A stretch of 64,000 nt of DNA from positions 152,646,001 to 152,710,000 of the forward strand of contig NC_058368.1 in the NCBI RefSeq assembly GCF_018350175.1. The letters are read 5' to 3'. The notes below the pieces were generated by a model, which did not search any database, was not told the DNA's origin, and saw only the letters and a program-made list of their open reading frames with translations. Each line of letters begins with the position of its first letter. The first letter of the stretch is position 1. Below are positions 63,654 to 64,000 of the stretch, piece by piece. This DNA is from Felis catus. Taxonomy: Eukaryota. Position numbers and translations under genes: made by a program.

Positions 63654-64000
63654 TTGTTTGGATATTTTAAATGTTCACATTCATGGGAAAGCTTTAGTTA
63701 TTTTTACATTTCACATTGAAGCTACCAAGGATTGAGATAAATGAGATAGCTAACTTAACTAGGGAGAGAATTGATTTTGAACAATAATGTGCAAGGATAT
63801 CTCCGTGAGCTAAATGAGAGAAAACATAACTTTTACACTTGATCTTAGCCAAAAAGCTGAGACACGATTGAGAAAACATAACTTTTAATGAAACAATCTT
63901 AGTATTGTCAGAAAAAAGAAGAGAGAATAGCTGGGAATTTATAACCATGCTTCTACTTTCCAAAAAAAAAAAAAAAAATCAAGAAACCAAATCACAACAA

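Noticed and set aside
1..64000. A previously undescribed multi-component biological system
   Set aside because: Everything recognisable is explained by the 5' end of ADGRV1 plus known mammalian repeat classes; the remaining oddities are small-scale and listed as findings.

Overview
This is eukaryotic (mammalian) genomic DNA from a felid, judged by about 35 tRNA-derived Can-SINEs of the SINEC_Fc type and carnivore LINE-1 fragments; the species cannot be fixed from the window. It contains about 15 kb of upstream DNA, a CpG-island promoter and the first six coding exons of ADGRV1 (GPR98/VLGR1, the Usher 2C adhesion GPCR) on the + strand: 15864-15885, 55715-55899, 57934-58083, 59191-59286, 62026-62130 and 62922-63035. 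Together these give 672 nt (224 codons, no stops, all introns GT-AG) encoding the signal peptide and first Calx-beta repeats, and the gene continues past the window. Intron 1 is about 39.8 kb and filled with SINEs, L1, L2, MIR, HAL1, MaLR LTRs and DNA-transposon relics. Almost all entries in the ORF track are chance or repeat-derived ORFs. I see no convincing novel multi-gene system. The most interesting details are: a tailless 5'-half tRNA-Glu retrocopy with target-site duplications (TSDs); a frame-preserving second splice donor in the CpG island that could give an extended or alternative exon 1; a weak first ATG with an in-frame Met9; a 39-bp-arm AT-rich palindrome flanked by 16-bp direct repeats; and nested or inverted retroelements in intron 1. 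Repeat family names come from recalled consensus features, not a database search, and repeat boundaries are approximate.
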